Of a stretch of 61,143 nt of DNA, positions 17,066 through 26,472 are shown piece by piece; positions within the stretch are counted from its first letter, which is position 1, and every line of letters starts with the position of its first letter. The notes under the pieces are model-generated. The model worked only from the letters and a program-made list of their open reading frames with translations. It did no database searches and was not told the DNA's origin. The stretch spans positions 1 to 61,143 of the forward strand of contig JBEKBA010000002.1 in assembly GCA_050015635.1 (NCBI GenBank). The letters are read 5' to 3'. Position numbers and translations under genes: made by a program. This DNA comes from Verrucomicrobiota bacterium (GTDB lineage Bacteria > Verrucomicrobiota > Verrucomicrobiia > Limisphaerales > UBA11358).

Positions 17066-18637
17066 TCAATGCGTTGCGGCAACGGGTTTTTGCGCGGTTT
17101 TGATTCGTTTGAATAGAAAAATCAGCGGGATGCCGCCGAGCGCAATCAGGCCGAAGATATAAAAATTGTCCACGAACGCCCATAGGTGTGCCTGTTGGTC
17201 GAGGACGTTGTAAATGGCTGCGTAAGCCTGCGTCGTCGCGTTGGCGGGGTTGGTATGTTGCGCCAGCGCGTGTTGTGTGGTCGCGAGCCGCTGTGTGAAC
17301 GCCGGGTCGGTCGGCGTCAGATGTCCAACCATGTAGGCTTGATGCACCTGCGCGCCGCGCGCGAGCATCGTGGTCATAAACGCGATGCCGATGCTGCCGC
17401 CGAGATTGCGCATGAGATTGTAAAGACCGCTGGCGTTGCCGATTTGCTGTTGTCCCAACTGGCTCATCGTTGCCGTTGTCAGCGGCACAAAAATAAAACT
17501 GATGGAGATGCCGTTGATGACACTCGGCCAGATGACGCTCGCCATGCCGACTTGCAGGTTGATGTCGCTCAACATGAACGACGATACCGCCAGCGTGAAA
17601 AAGCCAAAGCCCAGCATCCAGCGCAGCCGGATTTTTCCGACGAGCCGCCCGACGCACCACGTCGTGAAAAACGCCGCGATGCCGCGCGGACTCATCGCGT
17701 AACCGCTTTGCAGTGCCGGATAGCCCATCAGCGTCTGTAAAAAGAGCGGCAGTTGCGCCGTCGTGCCGTAAAGAATCGCGGCGAGTGATGTCATCAGGAT
17801 GAGGCCGACGGTGAAATTGCGGTTTTTGAAAACGCGCAAATCCACCAATGGATGCTCGATGGAAAATTCCCACGCGATGAAGCCGATGAACGCCGCGACG
17901 GAAATTGTCGTGAACCAGCAAACCCAGTTAGCGCCGAACCAATCCACCTCCTGACCTTTGTCGAGGACGATTTGCAACGTCGCCAGCCAGACTGCCAGCA
18001 GTCCGAACCCGATGAAATCAATCGCCGCCGCCTTGTTGCGCTTGATGTAAGGCGGGTCTTCGACCGCCCATTGCGCCACGAGCATCGCGAGAATGCCCAC
18101 CGGCAGATTGATGTAAAAAATCCAGCGCCAGGAATAACTGTCCGTGATCCAGCCGCCGATGGTTGGCCCCAGAATCGGTGCCACCACCACGCCTTGCGCG
18201 AACACCGCCATCGCCGCGCCGCGTTTATTCGGTGGAAAACTTTCGAGCATGATTGCCTGCGCGATGGGGACCATCGCCCCGCCGCCCGCCCCCTGCAAAA
18301 TGCGCGCGAGAATCAGCGTCGGCAGACTCCACGCCAGCCCGCATAACGCCGAGGCAATCGTGAACATCACAATGCACGAAATAAAAACGCGCTTGCGGCC
18401 AAAATAATTTCCCAGCCAGCCGGTCATCGGCAGGATGATTGCGTTGGAGACAAGGTAACTCGTCAGCACCCACGTCGCCTCCTCCGGCGTCGCCGACAAA
18501 CTGCCCGCGATGTGCGGCAGCGCAATGTTGGCGATGGACGTGTCGAGCACTTCCATGAAAACCGCCGTCATCACGCTGAGGGTGATTAGCCACGGATTGT
18601 GGCGCGGATGCCATTCCGGTTGGAATGCGTCAGCCAT
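17066..18637 (-). CDS. MFS drug:H+ antiporter, DHA2 (EmrB/QacA) family
   Basis: 523 aa with about 14 hydrophobic segments. N-terminal LDTSIANIALPHI and the LGxxFGRKR motif are typical of EmrB-type pumps. Confidence 0.85.
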   Translation of the reverse strand: MADAFQPEWHPRHNPWLITLSVMTAVFMEVLDTSIANIALPHIAGSLSATPEEATWVLTSYLVSNAIILPMTGWLGNYFGRKRVFISCIVMFTIASALCGLAWSLPTLILARILQGAGGGAMVPIAQAIMLESFPPNKRGAAMAVFAQGVVVAPILGPTIGGWITDSYSWRWIFYINLPVGILAMLVAQWAVEDPPYIKRNKAAAIDFIGFGLLAVWLATLQIVLDKGQEVDWFGANWVCWFTTISVAAFIGFIAWEFSIEHPLVDLRVFKNRNFTVGLILMTSLAAILYGTTAQLPLFLQTLMGYPALQSGYAMSPRGIAAFFTTWCVGRLVGKIRLRWMLGFGFFTLAVSSFMLSDINLQVGMASVIWPSVINGISISFIFVPLTTATMSQLGQQQIGNASGLYNLMRNLGGSIGIAFMTTMLARGAQVHQAYMVGHLTPTDPAFTQRLATTQHALAQHTNPANATTQAYAAIYNVLDQQAHLWAFVDNFYIFGLIALGGIPLIFLFKRIKTAQKPVAATH

Positions 18638-18643
18638 GATTTT

Positions 18644-19870
18644 TTACGCCTCCCTTTTCCGGTTCAGAAATTTTTTAAAACCAAGGACCGCCGCGATTGC
18701 CAGAATCACCGCAAGCAGGCCGATGACCCAGTCCGGCAAACTGAAGGAACTGACTTGCACGCTCGGCGTCACCGAAAGCCCGGGGCCAATCGTGTGGTCG
18801 GCGGGCAGCGGTTCATCAAAAATAATTTTCACCGGCACGCGTTGGACGACTTTCACGAAATTACCCGTCGCGTTTTCCGGTGGCAACAGGCTGAATGCCG
18901 CGCCGCTGCCCGCCTGCACGCTGTCCACGTGCGCGCGGAATTTCCTGCCGCCGAGCGCGTCAATTTCTACGCGCACCGGCTGGCCGGGCTTCATTTTTCT
19001 CAACTGCGATTCCTTGAAATTGGCCACGACCCAGACATCCACCGGTACGATGGACATGATGGTCTGGCCGGTTTGCAGATAATCCCCGGCTTCAACCTGC
19101 TTGCGCGTCACGCGTCCGTCGCCCGGCGCGAAAATTTTCGTGTAGGATAGATTCAGTTTGGCCGCCACAACGTTCGTCTGTGATTCCCGCCATTGTGAAG
19201 CAGCCAGGCCGGCTTCGGCTTCCGCCGCTGCCAGTTGCGATCCGGCTTCGTCCACTTTGGAAACTTCGACCGCCGCGTTTTCCTGCGCGGACACCAAATC
19301 GGCCTGCGCCGATTGGTTTGCCGCCTGCGCGGCGTCAAATTCCTGTTGCGAAATCGTCTTGTCTTTCAGCAGGGATTTCGTGCGCTCGAAATTCGTCGCC
19401 GTGAGTTTCGCGCTGGCCGCGCTCGCGTCCACGTCGGCCTGGGCTTTGCGGGCGCTGGCCTCGGCGGTCGTGACTTTTTTGCGCATCAACTCATCCGCTG
19501 CGAACACCGTCCTGACGTTCGCCTCTTGTGATTCGGCGGCGGCTTGTTTTTGCGCGACGGCAATCGCGTAATCCTCCGGATCAATTTCCACCAGTAAATC
19601 ATTCGAGTGAACCATTTGGTTGTCCAGGACGTGAACGGCGGAAACCTGTCCATCAATCCGGGGCGCGATGGAAACGATGTGTCCGGTGATAAAGGCGTCG
19701 TCGGTGGATTCATGCGTCAGCGCGTCGGCAAAATAATCCAGCCCGACAAACAAAAGTACCGCGAGCGCAACGGCGGCGGGCCAGATGAAAAACGGCGTAT
19801 TCAGTTTTGCCAGCCGTTTGCCGTTTCCGTTTGCAACGGGCGGCTCTGGCGGATTTGGATTTTCATTCAT
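18644..19870 (-). CDS. HlyD/EmrA-family membrane fusion protein
   Basis: 408 aa with an N-terminal TM anchor, a long Ala/Gln-rich coiled-coil hairpin and a beta-barrel C-terminus. It lies immediately upstream of the EmrB-like pump. Confidence 0.85.
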   Translation of the reverse strand: MNENPNPPEPPVANGNGKRLAKLNTPFFIWPAAVALAVLLFVGLDYFADALTHESTDDAFITGHIVSIAPRIDGQVSAVHVLDNQMVHSNDLLVEIDPEDYAIAVAQKQAAAESQEANVRTVFAADELMRKKVTTAEASARKAQADVDASAASAKLTATNFERTKSLLKDKTISQQEFDAAQAANQSAQADLVSAQENAAVEVSKVDEAGSQLAAAEAEAGLAASQWRESQTNVVAAKLNLSYTKIFAPGDGRVTRKQVEAGDYLQTGQTIMSIVPVDVWVVANFKESQLRKMKPGQPVRVEIDALGGRKFRAHVDSVQAGSGAAFSLLPPENATGNFVKVVQRVPVKIIFDEPLPADHTIGPGLSVTPSVQVSSFSLPDWVIGLLAVILAIAAVLGFKKFLNRKREA

Positions 19871-22800
19871 GACGGATTATTCTTTTGGGCGGGTCCGGAA
19901 ACCTCCCCGCCGTGGTCTTTGGCAATTAAAACGTAGATGGACGGAATCACCAGCAGGGTAAAGAACGTGCCGATGACCATGCCGGCAACGAGCACGATGC
20001 CAATGGAATTGCGCGCCGCCGCGCCCGCGCCCGTGACGAGCGTGAGCGGAAAATTTCCGGCGATGGTGGCCACGCTGGTCATCAACACCGGCCGCAGCCG
20101 CAACAGCGCGGCTTCACGGATTGCGTCGAGTTTGTTCCGCCCCTGCCGTTGCAGTTCATTGGCGAACTGGACGATCAGGATGCCGTTTTTGGAAATCAGG
20201 CCGACAAGCGTGACGAGCCCGACCTGCGAATAAATGTTCAGTGTCGTCGTCCAGCCATTCGTCCAGAATGGCAGATTCGGATTTGGCATTTTCAGGAAAC
20301 AGAAAATCAGCGCGCCGAACATCGCCAGCGGCACCGAGCCGATCAAAATGATGAACGGATCACGAAAGCTGTTGAACTGCGCCGCGAGCACGAGGAAAAT
20401 CAGAACAATGGCGAGCAGAAACGCGGGCAGGAATTTATTGCCTTCCGTCCGCAACTGGCGCGACTCGCCGGTGTAATCAATCTTGTAACCCTCCGGCAAA
20501 ATCCGCGCGCATTCCGTTTCCAGAAATTTCAGCGCCGTATCCGACGGCACCACCGCAACGCCGCTGATTTTGACGGAATTTAATTGTTGAAACCGGTTGA
20601 GCGCGCGCGGCGTGGTGTGCTTTTCCAGATTCGCAAACGTGCTGACGGGAATCAACTGGCTGCCCGGTCCCCGGACATAAGCGTCTTCCAGTTGGTCGGC
20701 GGTCAGCCGCGCGCCGCGCTGGAGTTGTGGAATCACCTTGTAGCTGCGCCCGGCAAAATCAAACCGGTTCACGTAATTGCCGCCAACGAGCGCGCCCAAA
20801 TCTGCGCCGACCGTCTGCATGTTCAGGCCGAGCGCGGCTACCTTGTCGCGGTCAATGACCAGTTCCTCTTCCGGCTGATCCAATTTCGTGTCAAGGATTG
20901 GCGGAAAAGCGAACATCCCGTTGGTCTCGCATTCCTGTTCCAATTGTTGCGCGTAGTTCAAAATCTGTTCCGGCTCGGCGGTCGAGGAGAGAACGAACTC
21001 GATGGGAAATTGTCCGCCGCCGGGCAGGGCTGGCGGCGTGACCATGAGCAGCCGGATACCGGGAACCTGATTCACCATCGCCTGCGCTTCCGGCTGGATT
21101 TGGAAGACGGTCCGTTTTCGCTCGCCCCACGGCTTGAGCACCATGCCGCTGAAACCGCTGTCGGGCATGGTGAGTTGAAACGACTGTTCCATCTCCGGAA
21201 TTTTTTTGTATTCCCCGCCCGCCGCGTCTGCGTAATAGGAAACCTGCTCGATCGTCGCGTCGGGCGGCGTGTCCACGACGCCAAAAATCACGCCTTGATC
21301 TTCCGCCGGCGCGAGTTCGCTGGGCGACATCAGAAACATCGGTAACGTCAGCAAACTCAACGCGATCCATAATACATAAACCGCCGGTCGCGCCGATAGG
21401 GTGATGCCCAGCACGCGGCCGTAAAATTTCCGCAACCGGTCGAAATCGCGATTGATGCGTCCGACCAGTCCATGTTCCTCGCGTTCGTGATTCAATAATT
21501 TTGATGCCATCACCGGCGACAACGTGAGCGCGACGATGCCGGAAATGAAAACCGCGCCCGCGAGCGTCAGCGCGAATTCACGGAATAGCGAGCCGGTCAA
21601 ACCGCCTTGAAACGCGATGGGCGCATACACCGCCGCCAGCGTGATTGTCATCGCGATGATCGGGCTGACCAGTTCGCGTGCGCCGACCAGGGCTGCGTTC
21701 AACGGCGTCAGCCCTTCACGGATGTGGCGTTCCACGTTTTCCACAATCACAATCGCGTCGTCCACCACCAGCCCGACGGCCAGGACAATCGCCAGCAGCG
21801 TCAGCAGGTTTAGCGTGAAGCCGAAAATCTGCATCAAAAACACCGCGCCGATGAGCGACATCGGAATCGCGACCAGCGGAACCAGCACCGACCGCAGCGA
21901 GCCGAGAAACAAAAAAATGACGACCGACACGATCATCAATGTCACGATCAGTGTCTTCAAAACTTCGTGAATGGCCGCGTTGATGTATTTGGTTGCGTCG
22001 TAGGCCACGCGCGCGTTGAGGCCGGTCGGCAAATCTTTCTGGATGGATTCCATTTCCTTGCGCACGCTTTTGATGACGTCGAGCGAGTTGGCGTTGGGCA
22101 AAACCCAGATGCCCATGAACACCGCGCGTTCGCCGCTGAAACGCACTTCGCTGTCATAATCTTCCGCGCCGAGCACCACTTCGGCCACGTCACTCAACCG
22201 CACCAGCTGGTCGCCGTTGCGGCGGACAACGAGGTTTTTGAATTCTTCGACCGAGCGCAAATCCGTGTTGGCCGTCAGGTTCACCTGCACGAGTGAACCT
22301 TTGGTGCGGCCGATGGCCGAAAGAAAATTGTTCGCCGCCAGCACCCCGCGAATCTCGTTCGGACTGATGTTGTAGGCTGCCAGCCGGTCCGGTTTGAGCC
22401 AGATGCGCATCGCAAACGTGCGTCCCCCGAGAATGTCCGCGCGCTGCACGCCTTCGAGCGCGGTCAGGCGCGGCTGCACGTTGCGCGTGAGGTAATCGGT
22501 GATTTGATTCGCCTGAAGCACGTCGGACGAAAAACTCAGGTAGGCCGACGCAAATTGCGAATCAGCGGTTTCGATGCTGATGGTCGGAACTTCGGCTTCC
22601 GGCGGCAGGTCGTTGCGCACTTGATTGACTTTGGCGTTGATTTCCGCGATCGCTTTTTTGGAATCGTAATTCAGCCGCAGGTGCGCGGTGATGGTGGACA
22701 GGCCGAGCGCGCTGCTCGATTCGAGATAATCAATGCCGTCGGCGGCGGCGATGGCGCGTTCAAGCGGCTGCGTGACAAAGCCGCGCACCAGTTCCGCGCT

Positions 22801-22965
22801 CGCGCCGACATAGACCGTCGTGACCGTGATGGTCGCATTTTCGCTGAGCGGATACTGGCGGACATTCAGCGAGCGGATGGCTTGGAAACCCGCGATGAGA
22901 ATCACGAGGTTCACCACCACGGCCAGCACGGGCCGCCGGATAAATAAGTCGGTGAAGGATTTCAT
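19867..22965 (-). CDS. RND efflux transporter permease (AcrB/MdtB/HAE1-like)
   Basis: 1032 aa. The start MKSFTDLFIRRPVLAVVVNL and the 12-TM, two-large-loop layout fit the family. The stop overlaps the next start (ATGA). Confidence 0.9.
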   Translation of the reverse strand: MKSFTDLFIRRPVLAVVVNLVILIAGFQAIRSLNVRQYPLSENATITVTTVYVGASAELVRGFVTQPLERAIAAADGIDYLESSSALGLSTITAHLRLNYDSKKAIAEINAKVNQVRNDLPPEAEVPTISIETADSQFASAYLSFSSDVLQANQITDYLTRNVQPRLTALEGVQRADILGGRTFAMRIWLKPDRLAAYNISPNEIRGVLAANNFLSAIGRTKGSLVQVNLTANTDLRSVEEFKNLVVRRNGDQLVRLSDVAEVVLGAEDYDSEVRFSGERAVFMGIWVLPNANSLDVIKSVRKEMESIQKDLPTGLNARVAYDATKYINAAIHEVLKTLIVTLMIVSVVIFLFLGSLRSVLVPLVAIPMSLIGAVFLMQIFGFTLNLLTLLAIVLAVGLVVDDAIVIVENVERHIREGLTPLNAALVGARELVSPIIAMTITLAAVYAPIAFQGGLTGSLFREFALTLAGAVFISGIVALTLSPVMASKLLNHEREEHGLVGRINRDFDRLRKFYGRVLGITLSARPAVYVLWIALSLLTLPMFLMSPSELAPAEDQGVIFGVVDTPPDATIEQVSYYADAAGGEYKKIPEMEQSFQLTMPDSGFSGMVLKPWGERKRTVFQIQPEAQAMVNQVPGIRLLMVTPPALPGGGQFPIEFVLSSTAEPEQILNYAQQLEQECETNGMFAFPPILDTKLDQPEEELVIDRDKVAALGLNMQTVGADLGALVGGNYVNRFDFAGRSYKVIPQLQRGARLTADQLEDAYVRGPGSQLIPVSTFANLEKHTTPRALNRFQQLNSVKISGVAVVPSDTALKFLETECARILPEGYKIDYTGESRQLRTEGNKFLPAFLLAIVLIFLVLAAQFNSFRDPFIILIGSVPLAMFGALIFCFLKMPNPNLPFWTNGWTTTLNIYSQVGLVTLVGLISKNGILIVQFANELQRQGRNKLDAIREAALLRLRPVLMTSVATIAGNFPLTLVTGAGAAARNSIGIVLVAGMVIGTFFTLLVIPSIYVLIAKDHGGEVSGPAQKNNPS

Positions 22966-22982
22966 GCCCCCTGGAATTAAAA

Positions 22983-24104
22983 TCAGCCGTTCGGCGGGTT
23001 CGGCGTCATGCTCGGTTTGGGCGCGATTTCATTATTCACCGTCACGGCCATGCCGTTGCGAAGTTTGAACAATCCCGCGCTCACGACGCGGTCGCCGGGT
23101 TTCAACCCGGCCAGCACGCTCACGAAATCACCGTGCGACTCTCCCGTGCGGATGAATTGCTGCTGCACCACCAGCCCGCCCGCCGGATTCGTCTGCGGCT
23201 CGATCACATAAACCGAATCGCCATACGGCGCGCTCAAAATCGCCGTCGCCGGAATTGACAGCGCTGGACGTTCTTCCGGCAAAACCACTTCCACGCGCAC
23301 AAACATTCCCGGCCGCAGCAATTGGTTCGTGTTTTCAAATGTCGCCCGCAGCGTCACGCTCCGCGTCACTGCATCCAGGGCGGGATTGATGGCCGTCAAT
23401 AGGCCGTCAAATTTTTGGCCGGAATAGGCGTCGCTGGTCGCCTGCACCGCCAGTCCGGTTTTCAACTGCGCTAGATTTTGCTGCGGCAGCGAAAAATCCG
23501 CGTACACCGGCGTGAGCGATTGCAGCGGGACGATGGACTGGCGCGCTTCGAGCGACTGGCCGACGGTCACCAGCCAGATGCCCAGCCGTCCGGCAAATGG
23601 CGCGCGGATGGTTTTCTTTTCAATGGCCGCGCGGATGAAATCGGCGTTGGCCTCGTTCTGTTTCAACGTCGCCTCCGCCTGGTCCAGTTCCGATTGGGAA
23701 ACGGTGCTGTCCGCGCGCAACCGCCGCGTCCGCTCGGCATTGAGCCGCGACAATTCCGTTTGCGCCTCGGCCTCGCGCAATTGCGCCTCTTCCGACGACG
23801 TGTCCAGCCGCAAAAGCAGGTCCCCCTTTGCCACCACCGTGCCGTCCGCGACCGCGATTTCCGCCACTGTGCCCGCGACTTCCGAGGCCATCGTCAAGCC
23901 GTGTTGCGGGTCAATGGAGCCGACCGCCGATAGCGTGTCCTGCCATTCTTCCTCGTGCGCAACGGCGGATGAAATTGTTTCCGGCGGTGGCACAAAGGAT
24001 TTGCCAAAGGCAATCATGGCGTGTATCTGCAATGCCTTGATTGCGGCCAGCCCGATTAAAATTGCCGCAACGATTCCCGCCGCGATGTATATTTTCCGTT
24101 TCAT
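22983..24104 (-). CDS. RND-type periplasmic adaptor (membrane fusion) subunit
   Basis: 373 aa with an N-terminal anchor, a lipoyl/coiled-coil/beta-barrel pattern and a C-terminal GDRVVSAGLFKLRNG. Confidence 0.85.
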   Translation of the reverse strand: MKRKIYIAAGIVAAILIGLAAIKALQIHAMIAFGKSFVPPPETISSAVAHEEEWQDTLSAVGSIDPQHGLTMASEVAGTVAEIAVADGTVVAKGDLLLRLDTSSEEAQLREAEAQTELSRLNAERTRRLRADSTVSQSELDQAEATLKQNEANADFIRAAIEKKTIRAPFAGRLGIWLVTVGQSLEARQSIVPLQSLTPVYADFSLPQQNLAQLKTGLAVQATSDAYSGQKFDGLLTAINPALDAVTRSVTLRATFENTNQLLRPGMFVRVEVVLPEERPALSIPATAILSAPYGDSVYVIEPQTNPAGGLVVQQQFIRTGESHGDFVSVLAGLKPGDRVVSAGLFKLRNGMAVTVNNEIAPKPSMTPNPPNG

Positions 24105-24724
24105 GATTTTTTTGATCTCGTTTTTTTCTTTGCGCCTGCGCCCGCTAAAAATAATTCCACGACGCGTTCCGCCGCGCGACGGTTCAGCCGGTAATCCGGC
24201 ATCAGCAAATGCGCCGTGATGTAAAAATTGGTCTGTCCGTAAAAACCGTAGGCCAGGTCCCGGCTGTCAAAACGATCGTCCAGTTCGCCCGCCGCCTGCG
24301 CCCGCCGGATGAGCGTGTGGATGAACTCCAGGTTGCGTTTGCATTTTTCAAGATGATTCAATCCGGGCGGCAATTCGCCCGGCGCGGCGTAAGCCGTCGA
24401 AAACGCGATGCGCGTCAGCTCGCGGTTCCTGTGAAAGTAATCGAACAACGCCGTGAGCACTTCCCGCAACTGCCCGGGAAAATCTTTCGCGCGGGCGGCG
24501 GCTTCCTGCACCACGCGAAACCGTCCGTCGTGCGCCTCGTTGACCAGCGCCTCGAACAACGCGGCCTTGTCGCGGAAATGATAATACAGCGCCGGTTTGG
24601 ACACTTTCGCGTCGCCGACGATCTGCTGGACGGACGTGGCGGCGTAGCCGGCGTTGGCGAAATGTTTCAGCGCCGCCCGCAAAATCTGCCGCCGCGTTCC
24701 CGAATTGTTCGCGGCCTGAACCAT
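24101..24724 (-). CDS. TetR/AcrR-family transcriptional regulator
   Basis: 207 aa with the N-terminal HTH FANAGYAATSVQQIVGDAKVSKPALYYHFRDK. It is the first gene of the efflux operon and overlaps the next start. Confidence 0.85.
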   Translation of the reverse strand: MVQAANNSGTRRQILRAALKHFANAGYAATSVQQIVGDAKVSKPALYYHFRDKAALFEALVNEAHDGRFRVVQEAAARAKDFPGQLREVLTALFDYFHRNRELTRIAFSTAYAAPGELPPGLNHLEKCKRNLEFIHTLIRRAQAAGELDDRFDSRDLAYGFYGQTNFYITAHLLMPDYRLNRRAAERVVELFLAGAGAKKKTRSKKS

Positions 24725-24803
24725 AAAAACTTACCGAACGGTAGGTAATAAACGGGAAACTGTCAAATGGATTTGTCAGGCGCGGTTGCGGCGTTTGGTC
24801 TGG

Positions 24804-24935
24804 TGGGACTGCTGCGCTCCCGTTTTTTGATTCCCGATTTCCTGGACCCCATCCACCATCCCTGGTGCCGCTAGGCGCATTGATTTCATGGTAGGGACCG
24901 GTGGCCGTCCGCAAGGACTTCCACCACGTCCCATT
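24804..24935 (+). repeat. Intergenic repeat family, copy A (~130 bp)
   Basis: Near-identical to 26083-26215 over ~103 bp (GCGCTCCCG..TTTTT.ATTCCCGATTTCCTGGACCCCATCC.CCATCCC...GCATTGATTTCATGGTAGGGACCGGTGGCCGTCCGCAAGG). It contains the internal hairpin GGGACCGGTGG...CCACCACGTCCC. Confidence 0.75.
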
Positions 24936-25209
24936 TCAATTCGTTTTGCCTTGGCGTTCTTGGCAACATCATTGCCACCATCATGGCCAGCCACATCAAC
25001 AGGAACATCGCGGCGGATGCCGTCCGGGTTTGGCCTGACATCCGCATCCACATCATTGACATCATCCAGTCGCCCGGCATGTCCATCCTGCCGGACATTG
25101 AACGACGGAAAAAAATCGTGGCTGACGCACTGACAACGAATACCAATCCGCTGAGCACAAAAAACGACGCGCGCGCGCGGCGGACGGCCTCAGTCCTTGT
25201 ATTGGTCAT
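24886..25209 (-). pseudogene. DUF2182-family (predicted metal-binding membrane protein) N-terminal fragment, truncated by repeat copy A
   Basis: From ATG 25209: MTNTRTEAV...WMRMSGQTRTASAAMFLLMWLAMMVAMMLP is DUF2182-like for ~83 aa (to ~24961). The frame then reads into repeat A and stops at 24886; full length would be ~250 aa. Confidence 0.5.
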
Positions 25210-25921
25210 GGTAACGCACCCAGTCTTGGGTACGATCAGGATTCTCATCGCGCCCCTTCGCGGTCAGATCCAGAAAATTATACGTCGTGTTCAACAGGTC
25301 AATCCCGCGCGAGTAGGTCGAGTAAGTGTGAAATATATCGCCACTTTTGTCTTTGTAGAATGCGCTGGTTCCCTGGAGTTCATCAATCTTCATTTTGATT
25401 TTGCCGTAATTGTAGGACAACGTCCCGCTTTTGATCTCTTCCGGCGTGAACGACACGTGATAATCAAAGTTGAAATCGCTTTTGAACGAGGAGAGCCATT
25501 TGAACTTCCATCCCATCCGCTTCTTGAAAGGTGCGATTTCTTTCAAAGGAGCGCGGGAAATGACTGCCAAAGTGGTGTCCCGCTGGTTCAGGTGAACCAG
25601 AGCGCCCTCGAAATGGTCAACCCAAAATGAGCAGTGCGGACAACCTTCCTTCCAACCCGGACCGAACATGAAATGATAGACGATGAGCTGGCTCTTGCCG
25701 CCAAACAGTCCGGCCAGCGTCTCGTTGCCGTTCGGTCCGTCGAAGATGTATTCTTTATCCACCTTTACCCACGGAAGATTCCGTCGTTGTTGGTTTAACT
25801 GATCGCGCAATCGGTTGAACTTCTTCTCCTTCGCAAGCAGAGCTTTGCGGGCGGCGAGCCACTCATTTTCTGATACGACCTTGTGTTCTTTTGTGCCGTT
25901 TATCATTTTTATTTTAGCCAT
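25190..25921 (-). CDS. DUF899 thioredoxin-like protein
   Basis: I prefer the ATG at 25921 (MAKIKMINGTKEH...) after a GGGAGA Shine-Dalgarno. NEWLAARKALLAKEKKF, LIVYHFMFGPGW..GCPHCSFWVDHF are typical of DUF899. Its 3' end overlaps the DUF2182 start by 20 nt. Confidence 0.75.
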   Translation of the reverse strand: MAKIKMINGTKEHKVVSENEWLAARKALLAKEKKFNRLRDQLNQQRRNLPWVKVDKEYIFDGPNGNETLAGLFGGKSQLIVYHFMFGPGWKEGCPHCSFWVDHFEGALVHLNQRDTTLAVISRAPLKEIAPFKKRMGWKFKWLSSFKSDFNFDYHVSFTPEEIKSGTLSYNYGKIKMKIDELQGTSAFYKDKSGDIFHTYSTYSRGIDLLNTTYNFLDLTAKGRDENPDRTQDWVRYHDQYKD

Positions 25922-26082
25922 TGGGTTCTCCCTTGTTTGTTTTTTATGGTGATTGTTCCTTCGAGACAGGTAACTCTTCCCGGTTCTCAACCGGGATTTC
26001 CCGTTGGGTTTTTTGCCCACGACCGGCGTGGACCTTTTCGTGATTTTCTTCCTGCTCCACGGATTTGCAAGTCACTTTTCCA

Positions 26083-26215
26083 GGGACAGCGCGCTCCCGC
26101 TTTTTTATTCCCGATTTCCTGGACCCCATCCCCCATCCCCGCACCGTTCAGGTGCATTGATTTCATGGTAGGGACCGGTGGCCGTCCGCAAGGTGCTTCG
26201 GCGTCCACGCCGAAT
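26083..26215 (+). repeat. Intergenic repeat family, copy B (~130 bp), direct orientation relative to copy A
   Basis: See copy A. The shared core lies at 26091-26193. Confidence 0.75.
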
Positions 26216-26235
26216 GCCTTCCCATTTTTATTTGC

Positions 26236-26265
26236 ATACACATTTAAGTTTGATATTGTGTGTAT
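26236..26265 (+). promoter_or_regulatory. Inverted repeat ATACACA-N16-TGTGTAT immediately upstream of vapB (candidate autoregulatory operator)
   Basis: Perfect 7-bp arms at 26236-26242 and 26259-26265, ending at the vapB ATG (26266). Confidence 0.3.
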
Positions 26266-26472
26266 ATGATTAAACGGACAAACATCGTCATGGATGAAGG
26301 CTTGGTGCGGCAGGGATTGAAAGCCACGGGCATCAAAACCTGTCGCGCACTCGTCCATCATGCGTTGCGGGAATTGGTCCGCCGCGAAAAGCAAACCGGC
26401 CTGCTTTCGCTTAAAGGCAGGATTCGCTGGACGGGGAATCTTGACGCAATGCGCCGCAGCCGGATTCCATGA
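26266..26472 (+). CDS. vapB: Type II antitoxin, VapB-like (DUF2191/Arc-MetJ type)
   Basis: 68 aa. MIKRTNIVMDEGLVRQGLKATGIKTCRALVHHALRELV is typical of this family. The stop overlaps the PIN gene start (ATGA). Confidence 0.7.
   Translation: MIKRTNIVMDEGLVRQGLKATGIKTCRALVHHALRELVRREKQTGLLSLKGRIRWTGNLDAMRRSRIP

Noticed and set aside
16821-17921. 366-aa minus-strand ORF overlapping the EmrB-like gene in another frame
   Set aside because: It is out of frame with a 14-TM MFS pump that explains the region, and its His/Arg-rich product has no hydrophobic segments or motifs.
20584-21345. Several plus-strand ORFs (19937..22947) opposite the RND permease, plus 23478..24219 opposite the adaptor and 24209..24748 opposite tetR
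   Set aside because: These are antisense shadow frames of well-supported efflux genes.
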